Shown here one piece after another: positions 63,010-64,000 of a DNA stretch of 64,000 nucleotides. The position numbers and the translations under genes are program-made. Source of the stretch: Sminthopsis crassicaudata (taxonomy: Eukaryota); the NCBI RefSeq assembly GCF_048593235.1, contig NC_133623.1, positions 4,278,001 through 4,342,000 on the forward strand, given 5' to 3'. Within the stretch, counting starts at the first letter, position 1. Each line of letters starts with the position of its first letter. The notes below the pieces were generated by a model. It had not been told where the DNA came from. It saw only the letters and a program-made list of their open reading frames with translations, and made no database searches.

Positions 63010-63210
63010 AAGTGGCACACTTAGCAAATTTGAGGATGATCCTAAACTCAGAACAGCTAAGAGGCCGAAGGACGACATTTGCATCCAAAGAGATTTGGAC
63101 AGAGTAGACATTGGGCCAAAGCTAAGATGAAATCCAATGGGAAGATTCAACAAATCACTCCCAAGTATGAGATGAGGAGGCACAATGAGGAAGCAGGGGG
63201 ATAAGAAAAG
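63010..63210 (+). mobile_element. CR1/L3 LINE RT fragment
   Basis: GTLSKFEDDPKL...IQRDLDRV resembles the CR1 SKFADDTKL...IQRDLDRL motif. Confidence 0.7.
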
Positions 63211-64000
63211 CCTGGCTGCTTACTCAGTTTGAACAAACAACAGCCAGAAGGGCTAATAGGACACTGGGAGGTGTTGAGAGCAAGCATTGTCTCTTACCAG
63301 ACCACATCATGAATATCCTCTCCTGCCCTAGCTGCTAGTAGAAGGGAAATGGGTTTTCTCTCTTTGTTTCCCTTCAATTTCCAAGAGCCTTGCTTGGTAG
63401 CCACAGTTCTCTGGAATGGCTGCCAGGGCGACCAGTTTTCCCAGTGAAATAAGACAACTTGAACATTCTCTAGTCTTTCTGTGCCATCTCCCCAGGCAAA
63501 ACAAGAGTACCACCCACCTAGAATCCTCTTTTTCTCCTCTTGGAGTCACTTTTCTTCTTCCTTCCCATTTGCCCTGTTTCTTTTAATTGCAATCCCCGTC
63601 CATCACCATGAATCTCTGGGGCAGACACAAGTTCTTTCCCCCCAGTCACTGAGTCCTGGAAGGGCTGGCATTAAGGTCCGGATTAAGGGGGGAAATGTGC
63701 TAGTACTCCTATCCTCGTCCAGAAACTATCTCCATGGCAAGGCCAAAGACCTCATAATCTCTGAATACATACAGGGGAAAGGGAGGCAGTAGGTAACCTT
63801 GAGATTGGCATTAAGGCAAGATAACAAGGGGTCAAGTTAGGGATTAATGGTTTCCCCAGTCGCAAATTGTTTGGGGACTGGGGGGAGACAAGACTGCCAG
63901 AGATGGAGAGGGAGCTCAAGGATAGTTAGGTCCATGGGATTTATTAGGACAGAGAGGGGACTGTACAGCTAAAGGATCATTCAGGAGAAGGGGGTGGTTT

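Overview
Mammalian genomic window, most likely from a dasyurid marsupial X chromosome (inferred from WSINE1-like SINEs, marsupial-type L1 3' ends and an OC1-like hAT end). It contains one complete protein-coding gene, PHKA1 (muscle phosphorylase kinase regulatory subunit alpha), on the minus strand. I traced 33 coding exons with GT-AG boundaries and consistent phases from ATG 52975 to TGA 3556: 3747 nt, 1248 aa, ending in the CAAX motif CAMQ. They include the alpha-prime cassette exon and both small multiphosphorylation-domain cassette exons, the second of which (51 nt) is not in the ORF track. The poly(A) signal is at 2461-2466. There are CpG islands at the PHKA1 promoter (~52480-53960) and at the start of an unidentified downstream gene (~380-1310). 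The rest is introns and intergenic DNA with L1, L2, CR1/L3, RTE, SINE, hAT and possible LTR remnants, tandem repeats and two assembly gaps. I found no clearly new multi-gene system. The best leads are an in-frame candidate alternative terminal exon in intron 7, near-identical direct repeats flanking the 51-nt cassette exon, a nested L1 pair forming a ~310-bp intronic hairpin, an OC1-like transposase fragment inserted in an RTE, and unexplained exon-like segments at both CpG islands. Comparisons with human or rabbit proteins and repeat consensuses are from memory and were not checked by a search.
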